The notes: a model not told the origin generated them from the letters alone. A stretch of 64,000 nt of DNA from Candidatus Obscuribacteraceae bacterium (GCA_044229845.1 JBGASG010000006.1:96001-160000), one strand, 5' to 3'; counted from the stretch's first letter, positions 40,414 to 50,848 are shown. Numbers and translations are program-made.

Positions 40414-40439
40414 ACCGGATCACTTCAACTGATCCCAGA

Positions 40440-43169
40440 TCATTTCAGCTGATCCAGGTCCAGCTTCAGCCAGGCAGCTGTTTCATAGCGGTCTTTTAAG
40501 TCAAGCTTGGTGGCGCGCTCGACGATGGCGCTCAATTCGCTGGACACTTGAGCTGCTTTCTGCTTCGGCGAAGAGCAACTGATTGGTTTCGGTGTACTGC
40601 CGGTGAGCAAGTAGTATAGTGTGGCACCTAGTGAATACAAGTCACTTTGCAGCGTCACCTCTTCGCGGAACTGTTCCGGCGGCGTGAAGCATTGCTTCGC
40701 GCAAGAGCCGGTCGTCTGCCGTCCGTCCTGGCGGACAGCCAGGCTAAAATCGATCACTTTGACGTCGCCGGCGGCAGTGATCAGAATGTTCTCGGGTGTG
40801 ATATCGCGGTGAACGATCGGCGGATCGCCACCATGCAAATACTCGAGCACCGTGCAAATGGACTTACCAATGCGAACAACCTCAGCTTCACTGAGCGGTC
40901 CGTTCTCTTGTACGCGTTGCCGCAATGACTGGCCATCGATATGCTCCAGTACGACGTAGACACGCCCCTGCTCGAAGAAGAAATCCTCGAGCTTCACAAT
41001 TCCTGGATGATCGAGTTGCGAAAGCAGGCTTACCTCGGCTTCGAACTCGCGTGCCGATTCGACCATTGCAGCTGAGTCGGCCGACGTCGAAAGAATAAAT
41101 TCCTTAAGTACGACTTTCTCGCCGGTCGCCTTGGTGGCGGTATATGTGGTCGCCTGACCGCCCGATGAAATGCGCTCTGCGATTTGATAGTTGCCGTTCT
41201 TCAAAGAATCTCCGGCATTGAGTGCAGTTTTCCGTCTCGTCCGGCTTTTCGAAGTCAGCATGTCAAACCACAGCTGCGTATATCGATTGTCGCGCAACAC
41301 AGTGGAACCAATCAACTGCTCTTCCGCTGATTCATGGATAACCACATGCGGTGCCCATTTCTTCACGGCATAAAACAATCGAGCCCGCTGCTCACGGTTT
41401 AGGTCGTTAAGGTTGATCTTGATGTTTCGTCGCAAGTCGCTGCCGGCAGCGGTGGCGCTGAAAACCAGGTAGCGACTATCAGTGTTCATGCGGACGGACA
41501 AACCATCGATCAATGCCGCTACCTTATTCAGCATTTTGTAGGTCAGAGATTCTTTCTTAAAGGCCGCTTCCGGCAACGGGTAAAGGCGAGTGAAGCCCTC
41601 GTCGAGTTTGCGCAGGCTATGAATTTCATTCCAGTGGAGTTCATCGGGTCCGGCTCCGCTTCCGAATCCGTTCATGGTCAGGACATTCTTGAACCAGCCC
41701 TTGAACGACCTGCGCCTGACACCACGACCGGTGAACTCAACTTCGTGCTCATCGGAAATAAACTCAAGTGGGAACTGGAACCAGGCTCTAAAAAACAGAA
41801 CGCACATTGCACTTGCCAGGCTGACCAGATAAAAGTGGACAAAGAAGACGGAAGCCTTTGATGGCTCAACTCCAAAATTATGCAGCCACGGCCAGTATCC
41901 GTTGTAACCCATAATTATGGTTGGGTCGTCGGGTCCCTGAGGACCGACAGTACCGGTAGTTATGGCAGTCAATTGTGGTTCTTCGGTTACAGACACCTCG
42001 GCTGTGCCGAACGAATTCTCAGCGAGCGGAGCCGCCTTGGTTGGTGGCATGACTGTCACTGGCTGGTCCTGCGCCTTGGGCGGATGGGCCGGTGCCGGTG
42101 GTCCAATTTCATACTGAAACCTGGGACCGATGCTTATCACTTTGGACTGCGGAGTTGTTGGTTGCAAGCGTGCGGACGGCATCTGACCAATCCACAATCT
42201 TGGCGGCTGCACACCAGGCATTGATGGCGTCTGATCGGCTGGAAGCGCGGATAGAGGCTGGCTTTGTATGACCTGTTCCATGCCGACGTGTTGATAAACG
42301 CCGTAGCTGACAAACGCCGGAATACCTAAAGCGAAGAAAAGAAACACGACCGGACCAAAGGCTCGTGACGAATAAAAATTCGCCTCCGAACTCGATCGGT
42401 CAGCCCTACGATTTTGCACATAAACAAACCCTTCCTCGTCGGGTGCCTTTGGCTCCGGCTCAGGAAATAGTCCTTTAAACCAGTGCACGGCAATCCACGT
42501 CAGCGAGAATGGGACACAGCACAGATAGAGCCAGAACAATATGAACGGCAGACCTTGATCTGCGCCTTCGTTCAGTTCGCGCACAAATTCAGACTGTCGG
42601 ACTTGACTGGGAAGTGATGCTGCGAGAGTAACCTGCCAAGGCGTTGGGAGGTGGCGATATATCCAGACCGAGATGGGCTTGGCGACGACAATCAGCATCC
42701 ACAGCAACAGCATTTTGGGTGCGATGGCGATGGCACCGAGCACCAGCACGGGAGTCTTCAATGTCCAGAACCAACCCATACAGCCCTTCAAGTGCTGGTA
42801 ACACTCTTTCGTCAGGCATTGCCACAGGTTGTGATGAAACGGCATCCCGTTCGCCTGGCGCTCTTTCCACCGTTCCATGACTATGGGCACGAGTTGAACA
42901 AATTGCACAATGAATGTGATGTTCCCGAACAGGCACGAGTCTTCCATCGTGAGCCAGGGCTTCCGCGGTGGCGGAGCAGAGTATTGCGGTGGCGGAGCCG
43001 ATGCTTCCGGCGGCGGCGGAGCTGATGCTTCCGGCGGTGGCGAAGCCGATGCTTCCGGCGATGGATCGATCACGAGTTTCACGGAGGGAGGTGTGCGCAG
43101 ATCATCGACAATGATGGACTTTGCCTTCTTCCGCTTCTTGGTGGTGGCTTTGGTTCTTTTCACGCTCAT
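40440..43169 (-). CDS. Multi-pass membrane Ser/Thr protein kinase with C-terminal kinase domain
   Basis: SSGGQATTY, VVLKEF, HRDITPEN, DFS, PPEQ, SDLYSLG; start MSVKRT overlaps the upstream stop (ATGA). Confidence 0.9.
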   Translation of the reverse strand: MSVKRTKATTKKRKKAKSIIVDDLRTPPSVKLVIDPSPEASASPPPEASAPPPPEASAPPPQYSAPPPRKPWLTMEDSCLFGNITFIVQFVQLVPIVMERWKERQANGMPFHHNLWQCLTKECYQHLKGCMGWFWTLKTPVLVLGAIAIAPKMLLLWMLIVVAKPISVWIYRHLPTPWQVTLAASLPSQVRQSEFVRELNEGADQGLPFILFWLYLCCVPFSLTWIAVHWFKGLFPEPEPKAPDEEGFVYVQNRRADRSSSEANFYSSRAFGPVVFLFFALGIPAFVSYGVYQHVGMEQVIQSQPLSALPADQTPSMPGVQPPRLWIGQMPSARLQPTTPQSKVISIGPRFQYEIGPPAPAHPPKAQDQPVTVMPPTKAAPLAENSFGTAEVSVTEEPQLTAITTGTVGPQGPDDPTIIMGYNGYWPWLHNFGVEPSKASVFFVHFYLVSLASAMCVLFFRAWFQFPLEFISDEHEVEFTGRGVRRRSFKGWFKNVLTMNGFGSGAGPDELHWNEIHSLRKLDEGFTRLYPLPEAAFKKESLTYKMLNKVAALIDGLSVRMNTDSRYLVFSATAAGSDLRRNIKINLNDLNREQRARLFYAVKKWAPHVVIHESAEEQLIGSTVLRDNRYTQLWFDMLTSKSRTRRKTALNAGDSLKNGNYQIAERISSGGQATTYTATKATGEKVVLKEFILSTSADSAAMVESAREFEAEVSLLSQLDHPGIVKLEDFFFEQGRVYVVLEHIDGQSLRQRVQENGPLSEAEVVRIGKSICTVLEYLHGGDPPIVHRDITPENILITAAGDVKVIDFSLAVRQDGRQTTGSCAKQCFTPPEQFREEVTLQSDLYSLGATLYYLLTGSTPKPISCSSPKQKAAQVSSELSAIVERATKLDLKDRYETAAWLKLDLDQLK
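42965..43060 (-). repeat. 24-bp coding repeat (PPPEASAP), about 3.5 copies
   Basis: ggcggagccgatgcttccggcggc-type units; boundaries approximate. Confidence 0.7.
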
Positions 43170-45634
43170 GCTTGCACCGCCTCTTTTCGTTTTTTCGGCA
43201 GTTTGATGCGCATGCCACCACCATCGATTTCGTTCAAGCGTTGCAGAATTTCCTCGAATGACTTGGGTCGGTCTTCTTGATCGAAGGCGGTACAATCTTT
43301 GATCAGTTGATCGATTTCTGGTGAACACTCCATATTCTTAAGGGGCGACGATTGGGTCAGCGCACGAGGGTCGCTCCCAGTCAGCAGAAAATACAATGTG
43401 CCACCAAAGCTATAGATATCGCTGCGCGTAGTAGCCTCGCCGCGCAGTTGCTCCGGCGGAATGTAGCAGTGCTTCCCGATCATTGTGCCGGTTATCCCGT
43501 CCAAAAACTCGCGCGCGGCACCAAAATCAATCAGTCGCAGCTGTCCATCTTCACCGGCGATCACATTATCCGGAGTCAGGTCGCGGTGCAAGACAGCCGG
43601 ATCACGTCCGTGCAGATAGATCATAATCTCGCAGAGTTGTTTCGCCCATGCCACCGTCAGCCTCTCCGGACGAGGTCCGTGCTCCGTGACCGTGGCGCGC
43701 AGGTCGTTTCCGACCCGATGCTCGATGACGAGAAAAGTCGATTCGTCAACTGAAAACGAATCGAGCACCTTCGCAATTCCGGGATGATCCAGATGCGAAA
43801 GCAACTCGTACTCTCGCTTGAGAATCTTGGCGAGCGCCATAGTTTCATCGGAGTCATCGGCGAGATAGAAGTGTTTGACGATCACCATGCGTCCCTGTTC
43901 ATCCCGTGCCAGATAAACTGCGCAGAGTGGCTTGCTTGCCAGTTGCTTTATGACGCGCGTTTTGGTGCCCGGCAAAAATTCTCCTGATGCGACTGGAACG
44001 AATATCGTCGCCTTAAACTCTTGAGCGGGTATTGAAGCGATTGCCGTGTGCAGCTGCCCATCAGATGCCGCTCTCTCGCTGTCGGCTTCGACCAGTGCCT
44101 CACAAATCTCAAAAACCTTGGCGTCGACGACACAAGCAACCGCATGCTGGTCCATCGCCTCCAGGAGCACTTTCAAATCCTGAGGCGACACCTGCGTGCT
44201 ATCGAAAGTAATCCGACCACCACTTCTGAATGACAATTGAAACTTCGCTCGCAATGGTCGATTGGGCTTCGATTTCAATTCCTTGACAGTCATTTGTTTG
44301 AGGTCGCTCCAGAGTCTGAACTGGCGGCCCCAGAGCGTCAAGTAAGGTCCCTGAGCAAATAGAATTCCATCAGCGTTGAGCGTGAACTGCCTCGGTTTGG
44401 CACAGGGCAGAAAGACTGCGCCTGTCACTGCAATGGGAGCCGTCGCGTAGAGAGCAACGACAGCACCGAGGAAAATTCTGAAATTCGGCTGGAACAACCA
44501 CTCCGGCGCATCCATCGACGGACCGAATCCGGCATCCACAGCTGAAGCTATCATCCAGTTCTGAATTGCATATCCGAGCGGTCCGCCGCAGAAACCAAAC
44601 AACCAGAAGAGTGCACCATAGCAAAAGACGATCCAGCCAAGAGTTCTGAGCGCGTTGTTCCACACCGGATGGGACTCTCTAAACTTGAGGGCCCGTGTGG
44701 GCAACCTCAACGCTTCGAGGAAGCTCTCAACTATGTTTTGCAACGACTTCGGTGATACCACCCGCCAGCAAAACGAAGCGAGAAGCGCATTCAGTTTGAG
44801 TACCGGCTGTAGCAGCAGCAGGAAAGCGATGACAGACATCGCACTAACGACAAAGACATCGAAGTGCTGAACAAATGTCATATCGCTGAAAATCCCGGAT
44901 GGATCAACAGCTCCAAGCATCGGTGCCTGCTGTACGCTGGCAGAGTCCGAAGGAAAACGAAATGGCGAGGAGACCTCCGATACCACGTGGTCATTCACAA
45001 AACCGAACAAGTTGGCGTCCTTCGCAGATGCGAGCAACCAGTTCGAGAGCATGTAAGCGGGTCCGAGTTTGTTCAGCGTAATCGAAAGGATAGAAGCGAC
45101 GAAACTGGACATAAATACGAAATGAGTCAGTCCGGACCACGTCTGTCTCTGCGCAATCAGATCAGGATCTTGGGTGGTTGCTCGGAGCCGCGATCGCGTG
45201 AAAATCGACACGACACAGGCGGCAGCATATATAAGGATAGGGCTGGAAAGAAACCACAGCGGCGCGAACGCTCCAACCCCGCCAATCAACGCGTTGGTCA
45301 GGGAAAGCGGTCGACTCTCATCCATCCGGAACAGGTTGGCGCCGCAAGCAGCCTCCAAAATGGTCCTCATTCCCCATAGCCAAAACAGCAGAAAGCCCAG
45401 TCTCTGTGCCTTTCGCGTTTTAACGAACGCCTTGAGTAGGGTCGAGACCTCATTGGCAGGCGTCTTCACCAGTTCTGCAATGACCGGAGCGCAGACCCAA
45501 AGTATCGCCAGGTAGGTGCCCCAAGTGAGCATCCAGCCCGACAAAAAACAGTCGGCAGCGACGAACGCAATAATAAACAGGGCTTCGGAGTAGCGCGTGA
45601 AAACGCGCTGGCAGGCGAGCCCAACGTTATTCAT
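43166..45634 (-). CDS. Multi-pass membrane Ser/Thr protein kinase lacking the Gly-rich loop
   Basis: LASKPLCAVY in place of GxGxxG; VIVKHF, HRDLTPDN, DFG, PPEQ, SDIYSFG. Confidence 0.88.
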   Translation of the reverse strand: MNNVGLACQRVFTRYSEALFIIAFVAADCFLSGWMLTWGTYLAILWVCAPVIAELVKTPANEVSTLLKAFVKTRKAQRLGFLLFWLWGMRTILEAACGANLFRMDESRPLSLTNALIGGVGAFAPLWFLSSPILIYAAACVVSIFTRSRLRATTQDPDLIAQRQTWSGLTHFVFMSSFVASILSITLNKLGPAYMLSNWLLASAKDANLFGFVNDHVVSEVSSPFRFPSDSASVQQAPMLGAVDPSGIFSDMTFVQHFDVFVVSAMSVIAFLLLLQPVLKLNALLASFCWRVVSPKSLQNIVESFLEALRLPTRALKFRESHPVWNNALRTLGWIVFCYGALFWLFGFCGGPLGYAIQNWMIASAVDAGFGPSMDAPEWLFQPNFRIFLGAVVALYATAPIAVTGAVFLPCAKPRQFTLNADGILFAQGPYLTLWGRQFRLWSDLKQMTVKELKSKPNRPLRAKFQLSFRSGGRITFDSTQVSPQDLKVLLEAMDQHAVACVVDAKVFEICEALVEADSERAASDGQLHTAIASIPAQEFKATIFVPVASGEFLPGTKTRVIKQLASKPLCAVYLARDEQGRMVIVKHFYLADDSDETMALAKILKREYELLSHLDHPGIAKVLDSFSVDESTFLVIEHRVGNDLRATVTEHGPRPERLTVAWAKQLCEIMIYLHGRDPAVLHRDLTPDNVIAGEDGQLRLIDFGAAREFLDGITGTMIGKHCYIPPEQLRGEATTRSDIYSFGGTLYFLLTGSDPRALTQSSPLKNMECSPEIDQLIKDCTAFDQEDRPKSFEEILQRLNEIDGGGMRIKLPKKRKEAVQA

Positions 45635-45752
45635 AGAGGTAGGTAGTAATTAAACGAGCGCGTAGTTTCTCGACATTAGTATAAATGAGCCCGGAAGGTT
45701 GTCAACAGGAGTTAACCCTAGATCCCCGGAGCACAAGGCAGTCCCCAAAGCC

Positions 45753-45942
45753 AAAGCGATATCGCTTCAGTTCGGATGAAACTGGAAACCTAAAGCGATA
45801 TCGCTTCAGTTCGGATGAAACTGGAAACCTAAAGCGATATCGCTTTGGTTTGGATGACACTGGAAAGCTAAAGCGATATCGCTTCAGTTCGGACGGAACT
45901 GGAAAGCTAAAGCGATATCGCTTCAGCTCGGACGAAGGGACC
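45753..45942. repeat. Intergenic tandem array of about five 39-bp units, each containing the perfect palindrome AAGCGATATCGCTT
   Basis: Units start at 45753, 45792, 45831, 45870, 45909; units 1 and 2 identical; unit 5 degenerates. Confidence 0.95.
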
Positions 45943-45947
45943 TGGCT

Positions 45948-47597
45948 TCACTTGACGAATAGTTGGCAGAAGGCGGTGAACGGAGTCACTTGGGAAGAGA
46001 CGTGAACTGGTGCCGTGACAACTGCGTCTCTTGACCACGGTAACGAGTTCAGAATGCGTCCATACGAATCGACGATGAATGAGGGTCCAGTTTCGCAGGA
46101 GTAAACGAAGGGGCGCTCATTTTCGACGGCGCGCATTACGGAGACTGCGGCGACAAGTTGTCCCAGCGATGAGCCCTCGAACCATGTCAGGTTGCTGAGG
46201 TTTGCGGTCATGCTTGTTTCTCTCGAGACAGAGCCGGCGCACAAGAATGAATCGAAACTCTCACCACATATGATGGCAGCCACTGAGCCGCTCCGCGTGG
46301 GCAATCCACTGGCTGTGGTTCCGCGCAGAATCTGCGGGCGCCGGCGGGTGTACCATCCCTCCTTGAGTTTTGCCGGCAGACACCTGATGACTAGCGGCTC
46401 GAATTCGCCAAAGGGAATGAGATACCTTTTGCGGTAGCCGGCGCGATGTAATCCATCATCGGGAGAAACACTGAACGCAGCGTTATATGTTTGTCCTTGT
46501 CCTGCTTGTTCCCAGGCGCCGACTATCAAGTCGCAGCGGCTCGCACGAGCCGTTTCTTCCAGGTCGTTGCACAGGTCTCTCGTTGACAGCGCCGATGCAG
46601 GCAAGAGTGTTTCGGTGAAGATAACAACTCCATCGGGACACTTGCGAACTTCATCACGGCAGTAGTTCCAGATCTCGGTTGCCGTGAGAGCGCGCTTGCG
46701 TTTCTCATTGTTGTAGATGCGCGTGAAGTTGCCCTGCACAACCGAGACATTGGTCTGAGCGGCGTGCACATCGGCATGGTTTCTCGATTCGAGACGCCAC
46801 CATCCCCAGACTGTGGCGGCAAGCACCACCACCGAAGTCGCAGACAACAACGTCAACGACCACTTGCGACTAACGAAAGCGGCCGCAGGAAAAATACCTC
46901 GACGCCCCGCGGTTGCCACCACTACGGCGGCCAACGCCACATTGATTGAGACGATTAATAGCTCCAGTCCGATGCCACCGATTACGCTGGCAATTTGAAT
47001 GATCCAGGTTTGCTGGTACTGCGAATATTCGAGCACGGACATGGGCATGAGGAGCAAGTCTGGCTGGTTGTACAGGATGTGGGTGATGAAGACCCACACG
47101 AAAGGCAGTGCCACCATCAGCTTGATGTGCCCGAAGCGGTTGCTGTCGGTGACGAACTTGGTCAGGCAGGACAGCAATGTAAAAGCGCTGCCCTGCAACA
47201 ATCCAGCCAGCAGCCAGACAGCGATGCCCATGAGCTGCAAGGCTTCGGTGGCTTCAGACTTGAACCACCACGGTGGATTCAAGTGGAGAAACCAGTTGAG
47301 CGCCATCAAGTTGTAGGATGCGCCAAATAGAAATCCACGCGCGGCAGCCTGGGACATTCGGCGACTGGAGATGCTCAACAGAAACAGAGGCACCAGCCCG
47401 ACCCAGGCGAGGATCCAGACACCGAATTCAGGTTGAGATAATCCGAAGAGTGCACCGAAGACTATCGAAGATAGAGTCCAAGCCAGATCCTCACCGGATG
47501 AGAAGACGCGTCCACCAAACTTCGGCAGGAGGGCTGCTCGCTCCGCCAGGGCAGCGGCAGAAGAAGTCGTGGCTACTGTTGATATTGTTTGCGACAT
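45948..47597 (-). CDS. lnt: Apolipoprotein N-acyltransferase
   Basis: LAWVGLVPL, IQIASVIGGIGL, VVQGN, triad FTET / YRKRYLIPFGE / IICGES, MRAVEN. Confidence 0.85.
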   Translation of the reverse strand: MSQTISTVATTSSAAALAERAALLPKFGGRVFSSGEDLAWTLSSIVFGALFGLSQPEFGVWILAWVGLVPLFLLSISSRRMSQAAARGFLFGASYNLMALNWFLHLNPPWWFKSEATEALQLMGIAVWLLAGLLQGSAFTLLSCLTKFVTDSNRFGHIKLMVALPFVWVFITHILYNQPDLLLMPMSVLEYSQYQQTWIIQIASVIGGIGLELLIVSINVALAAVVVATAGRRGIFPAAAFVSRKWSLTLLSATSVVVLAATVWGWWRLESRNHADVHAAQTNVSVVQGNFTRIYNNEKRKRALTATEIWNYCRDEVRKCPDGVVIFTETLLPASALSTRDLCNDLEETARASRCDLIVGAWEQAGQGQTYNAAFSVSPDDGLHRAGYRKRYLIPFGEFEPLVIRCLPAKLKEGWYTRRRPQILRGTTASGLPTRSGSVAAIICGESFDSFLCAGSVSRETSMTANLSNLTWFEGSSLGQLVAAVSVMRAVENERPFVYSCETGPSFIVDSYGRILNSLPWSRDAVVTAPVHVSSQVTPFTAFCQLFVK

Positions 47598-47994
47598 GGC
47601 ACCACCTGAAACCTCACAAGTTCATCCTAGCCACCAAGTCCAGAAGAGCGTGGCGCCCGCTGACAGTTTCGGGACTGTTTCGATGTGCGTGGTTCTGATC
47701 AGTTCGTTAACTGTCTCCGCAAAGATCGATATCGCAACCGCGACTTCCATTCTTACTTTCTGCGCGTGCCACCACATATCGAGACGGCGAAGGAAGCCGT
47801 CGCCTGGACGTTCGGATTGAGAGAACGCGAATATGCGCCGGAGCAGGAATCGTAGCGTCCGCTACGCGACAGCTCCTCTTTTAAACCGCATCGCGCGCGC
47901 CGGCGCGGCTGGCGGGACGGGTGCAGACTAGGATATACTGTTGGCTTCTGTAGCCGCCCGGCGGCGCGTTGGTTATGTAGAGGAAAGTCGAAGT

Positions 47995-48999
47995 ATGAAA
48001 GCCATGAAGGTGATTTCTACGCTGGTCGCATTGCTGTTCGGCAGCCAGGTTCCTGCGTATTCCCAATCTAATTCAGCAACTGTCAGGCTGGACTCACTAC
48101 CTAACTCGGGGACCTATTTCATCGTCAACAGCGACACTCATGAGGCACTGCAACCGGGACAACCGTCGCTCGGACAGAATGTGTTTCTGTATGAATTCAA
48201 CAAAGGCGGCACACAGAAGTGGACGATCAACCGCATTATCGATCCCAAAACCAAGCGCCCAACCAATCGCTATACCATCAGACTTGCCGGCGAAAACAAA
48301 GACTTGAAGTTTCAACCGCACCCGTCGGTTGGTTCTGCTATGCCAATTCTCGGACTGGACACCGCAGTATTCGCGCTGGAAGCCAGCGCCGACGGAGTGC
48401 TGATCAAGAGTGTGTCGAAGAACGGCGATGCAATGTTTGTTTCTCCCCAGAACGGCACGGCATCCGAACCGCACTTTGCGCACAACGACGGTTCGGCGAA
48501 GTTTCGCTGGAACTTCATCAACACCGCCGGATCTGCAGTGCCAACGCAAAACACCGGCATTCCGCTACCGAACACGGGCACTTACTTCATCGTCAACGCA
48601 TCCAGCCATGAGGCGCTGCAGCCCGGCGCGCCCAGCCTCGGGCAGACGGTCTTCCTCTATGAATTCAATAGTGGTGGCACGCAAAAGTGGATGGTGACTC
48701 GCAAGATAGATCCGGCAACCAAGAAACCAACTAACCGCTACTCAATTAGACTCGCCGGTGAAAATCAGGATCTCAATTTTCAGCCGCATCCTTCAATTGG
48801 CGATGCCGCGGCAATCATCGGAACAGACAAAGCAACATACGTGCTCGAGCCAAGCGGTGAGGGTTTCTTGCTGAAGAGCGTTTCGAAGAACGGCGATGCA
48901 TTGTTCATTGCTCCGCAACAGGGTTACAACACCGAACCGAGATTTGGACCGAATGACGGGTCGTCTAAGTTCCAGTGGAACTTCGTCCGCGTACAGTAA
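47995..48999 (+). CDS. Secreted protein with two tandem ricin-B-like (beta-trefoil) domains
   Basis: Internal duplication GTYFIVN...ALQPG...VFLYEFN.GGTQKW x2; QxW motifs. Confidence 0.75.
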   Translation: MKAMKVISTLVALLFGSQVPAYSQSNSATVRLDSLPNSGTYFIVNSDTHEALQPGQPSLGQNVFLYEFNKGGTQKWTINRIIDPKTKRPTNRYTIRLAGENKDLKFQPHPSVGSAMPILGLDTAVFALEASADGVLIKSVSKNGDAMFVSPQNGTASEPHFAHNDGSAKFRWNFINTAGSAVPTQNTGIPLPNTGTYFIVNASSHEALQPGAPSLGQTVFLYEFNSGGTQKWMVTRKIDPATKKPTNRYSIRLAGENQDLNFQPHPSIGDAAAIIGTDKATYVLEPSGEGFLLKSVSKNGDALFIAPQQGYNTEPRFGPNDGSSKFQWNFVRVQ

Positions 49000-49022
49000 C
49001 AATCTGACTGCGTTTCGCTTAT

Positions 49023-49814
49023 TTACGATTTGTGCGCGGGCTGGGGCGGCACAACAGCGGCGCGCGTGATTGTGTGCGGCACCGCGTGCGGTTGCGACAT
49101 GGCATCAGACATCGAGACCTTGGCGTGGTCCATCGAGGACACGATGTAGACCGGAGTTCCAACCGACACGATCGCCGACACCTTCAGGATGTCGGCGTTG
49201 AGATGTCGAATACATCCGTGACTGACATTCTTGCCGATCTGTTTCGGTTCGTTCGTGCCATGCAATGCAATCATGCCGTGATCCATACTCAGGCGAAGAT
49301 TGGCAACACCAAGCGGATTGCGATGCGTCTTCGACCATGGTTGCACGGCGCGCTGCAATGGATCGATGCTGACTGGCGGCTTCCAAACAGGGTCGAGTTG
49401 CTTTTGCGTGATCACTGAACGACCTTCCGGCGTAGGCGTCGACGCTTTCCCTGTGGAGTTCTGCACGCAGAGCACTTCTGTTACGACCTGATTCTGCACT
49501 TGCAGCACGTGTGTAAAATGCTTTTGCTTGTCGACGACGACGAACACCGGCAAGGTTTTGTCGACCGCCCCTTTAACAAGATGCGTGACGTCGATGCGCG
49601 TGGGAATCGAAGGCATCATCGGCACGGTGGGATCTTCCGGGTCCGTAGTCACAGTGGCGGGACCAGCCGCAGGAGTGGACACCATCGGAACCGTGGCTAC
49701 CACCGTGTTGTTCGCCACGTTGGAGTCGGTGGCGGACTTGGCTGCCAGAACTGGCTGGTGAACGGCACACATTAGTAATGATGCGGCGACGAGTAGCTTG
49801 GACCTGGTATTCAT
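49023..49814 (-). CDS. L,D-transpeptidase (YkuD family)
   Basis: TPTPEG, NPLG, IALHGT...VSHGCIR; signal peptide; RBS AGGAGA. Confidence 0.92.
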   Translation of the reverse strand: MNTRSKLLVAASLLMCAVHQPVLAAKSATDSNVANNTVVATVPMVSTPAAGPATVTTDPEDPTVPMMPSIPTRIDVTHLVKGAVDKTLPVFVVVDKQKHFTHVLQVQNQVVTEVLCVQNSTGKASTPTPEGRSVITQKQLDPVWKPPVSIDPLQRAVQPWSKTHRNPLGVANLRLSMDHGMIALHGTNEPKQIGKNVSHGCIRHLNADILKVSAIVSVGTPVYIVSSMDHAKVSMSDAMSQPHAVPHTITRAAVVPPQPAHKS

Positions 49815-50086
49815 GAGACATCTCCTGTGTGCACGACAGTGCCGCCGCCCTGCGAGCCGTGTTCGCCGCATGCGTCGTTCTGTTGTGCTGTAATACCAGA
49901 TTATCCAACCAGTTTTAGGTGCGGATTCAGGCGCAGTAAGTTCGTCGTTGGCAATTTGTTGGCGTCGTGTAAAACCAGGGGCTGGGCGCCTGATTAATGT
50001 TCAGGTCCCGCCTAATTTGTTTTGGGGCGCCGTAGAGCCGTGTTCGGGGCTGTTAGCTGCAGCTGCGCATTTCGCGACTGCAGAGG

Positions 50087-50812
50087 TCAGCGACGGCGGA
50101 TGCGGAGCATTTGCTCGGCGCCGATAATGTCGCGCTGCGCGACTGGTTCGAGGGAACATTCGAGTCCCTGAGCGGTCAGCTGTTTCATTAGCAGGCGCAG
50201 AAACGCATGTTCGTCGGCGGCAGTGGCTTGTAAGGGATAAATGCGCACGTCCTGACGGCTGACACGCATCAACTCTTCAACTGCTCTTTCGTGAAACACA
50301 TAATCGAAGGGTGAGCTTTCAGTGATCATGCCACCATATGCGGCATCACTGTAAAGAAACAAAAGATTGGCGCAGAGAACGATGTCGAAGCTCTTATCAG
50401 CAAACGGCAAGCTGGGGAGTTCAGCAGCAACATAGCGATGTCCGCTTTCCGGCTTTTCGAAATCTGCGAGAAACTGTTCCATTTCCTTGCGTCGCTCCGA
50501 AGCAGGCACCAGTTCTTCATGAAACAATTCGCGCATGCGCTCCTGTTTCTCCGAGACGGCTTGCGTGTCTTCGTCCACCATTTTGCGCAGAGACTGCAAT
50601 TCCTCTCCATAAAGAGGATCGCAGGCAATCGCGTCGATGCCGTGTTCTGCAGCCTGCACGGCAAATGCTGCCGGTCCGGCGCCGCAATCCAGGACTTTTA
50701 ATCCGCGCATCGCCGCCAGATCCAAATTGAACATGGCAACGTATTCGCTGATGCCCCGCCCGAAGAAGACCACTCGCCCCCATTGAAACTCAGATTTGGT
50801 CGCGCTGTTCAT
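50087..50812 (-). CDS. Class I SAM-dependent methyltransferase
   Basis: VLDCGAGP, LPFADKSFDIVLC. Confidence 0.85.
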   Translation of the reverse strand: MNSATKSEFQWGRVVFFGRGISEYVAMFNLDLAAMRGLKVLDCGAGPAAFAVQAAEHGIDAIACDPLYGEELQSLRKMVDEDTQAVSEKQERMRELFHEELVPASERRKEMEQFLADFEKPESGHRYVAAELPSLPFADKSFDIVLCANLLFLYSDAAYGGMITESSPFDYVFHERAVEELMRVSRQDVRIYPLQATAADEHAFLRLLMKQLTAQGLECSLEPVAQRDIIGAEQMLRIRRR

Positions 50813-50848
50813 TTATAAAACCACCCGGATACCGATTACGACTAACAC

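Noticed and set aside
3190..45200. HIP1 (GCGATCGC) over-representation
   Set aside because: Only a few scattered copies noticed (near 3190, 33515, 45190); enrichment cannot be claimed without a count against expectation
45753..45942. Possible CRISPR array
   Set aside because: Sequences between the palindromes are near-identical copies rather than unique spacers, and no cas genes are in the window
45685..46005. 106-aa ORF with KRYRFSSDETGNL repeats
   Set aside because: Translation by-product of a 39-bp (multiple of 3) repeat; opposite strand to the flanking genes and overlaps lnt
47846..47877. GC-rich hairpin (GGAGC...CGTAGCG-TC-CGCTACG...GCTCC) between lnt and the lectin gene
   Set aside because: Single imperfect stem-loop with no recognisable RNA family or second copy
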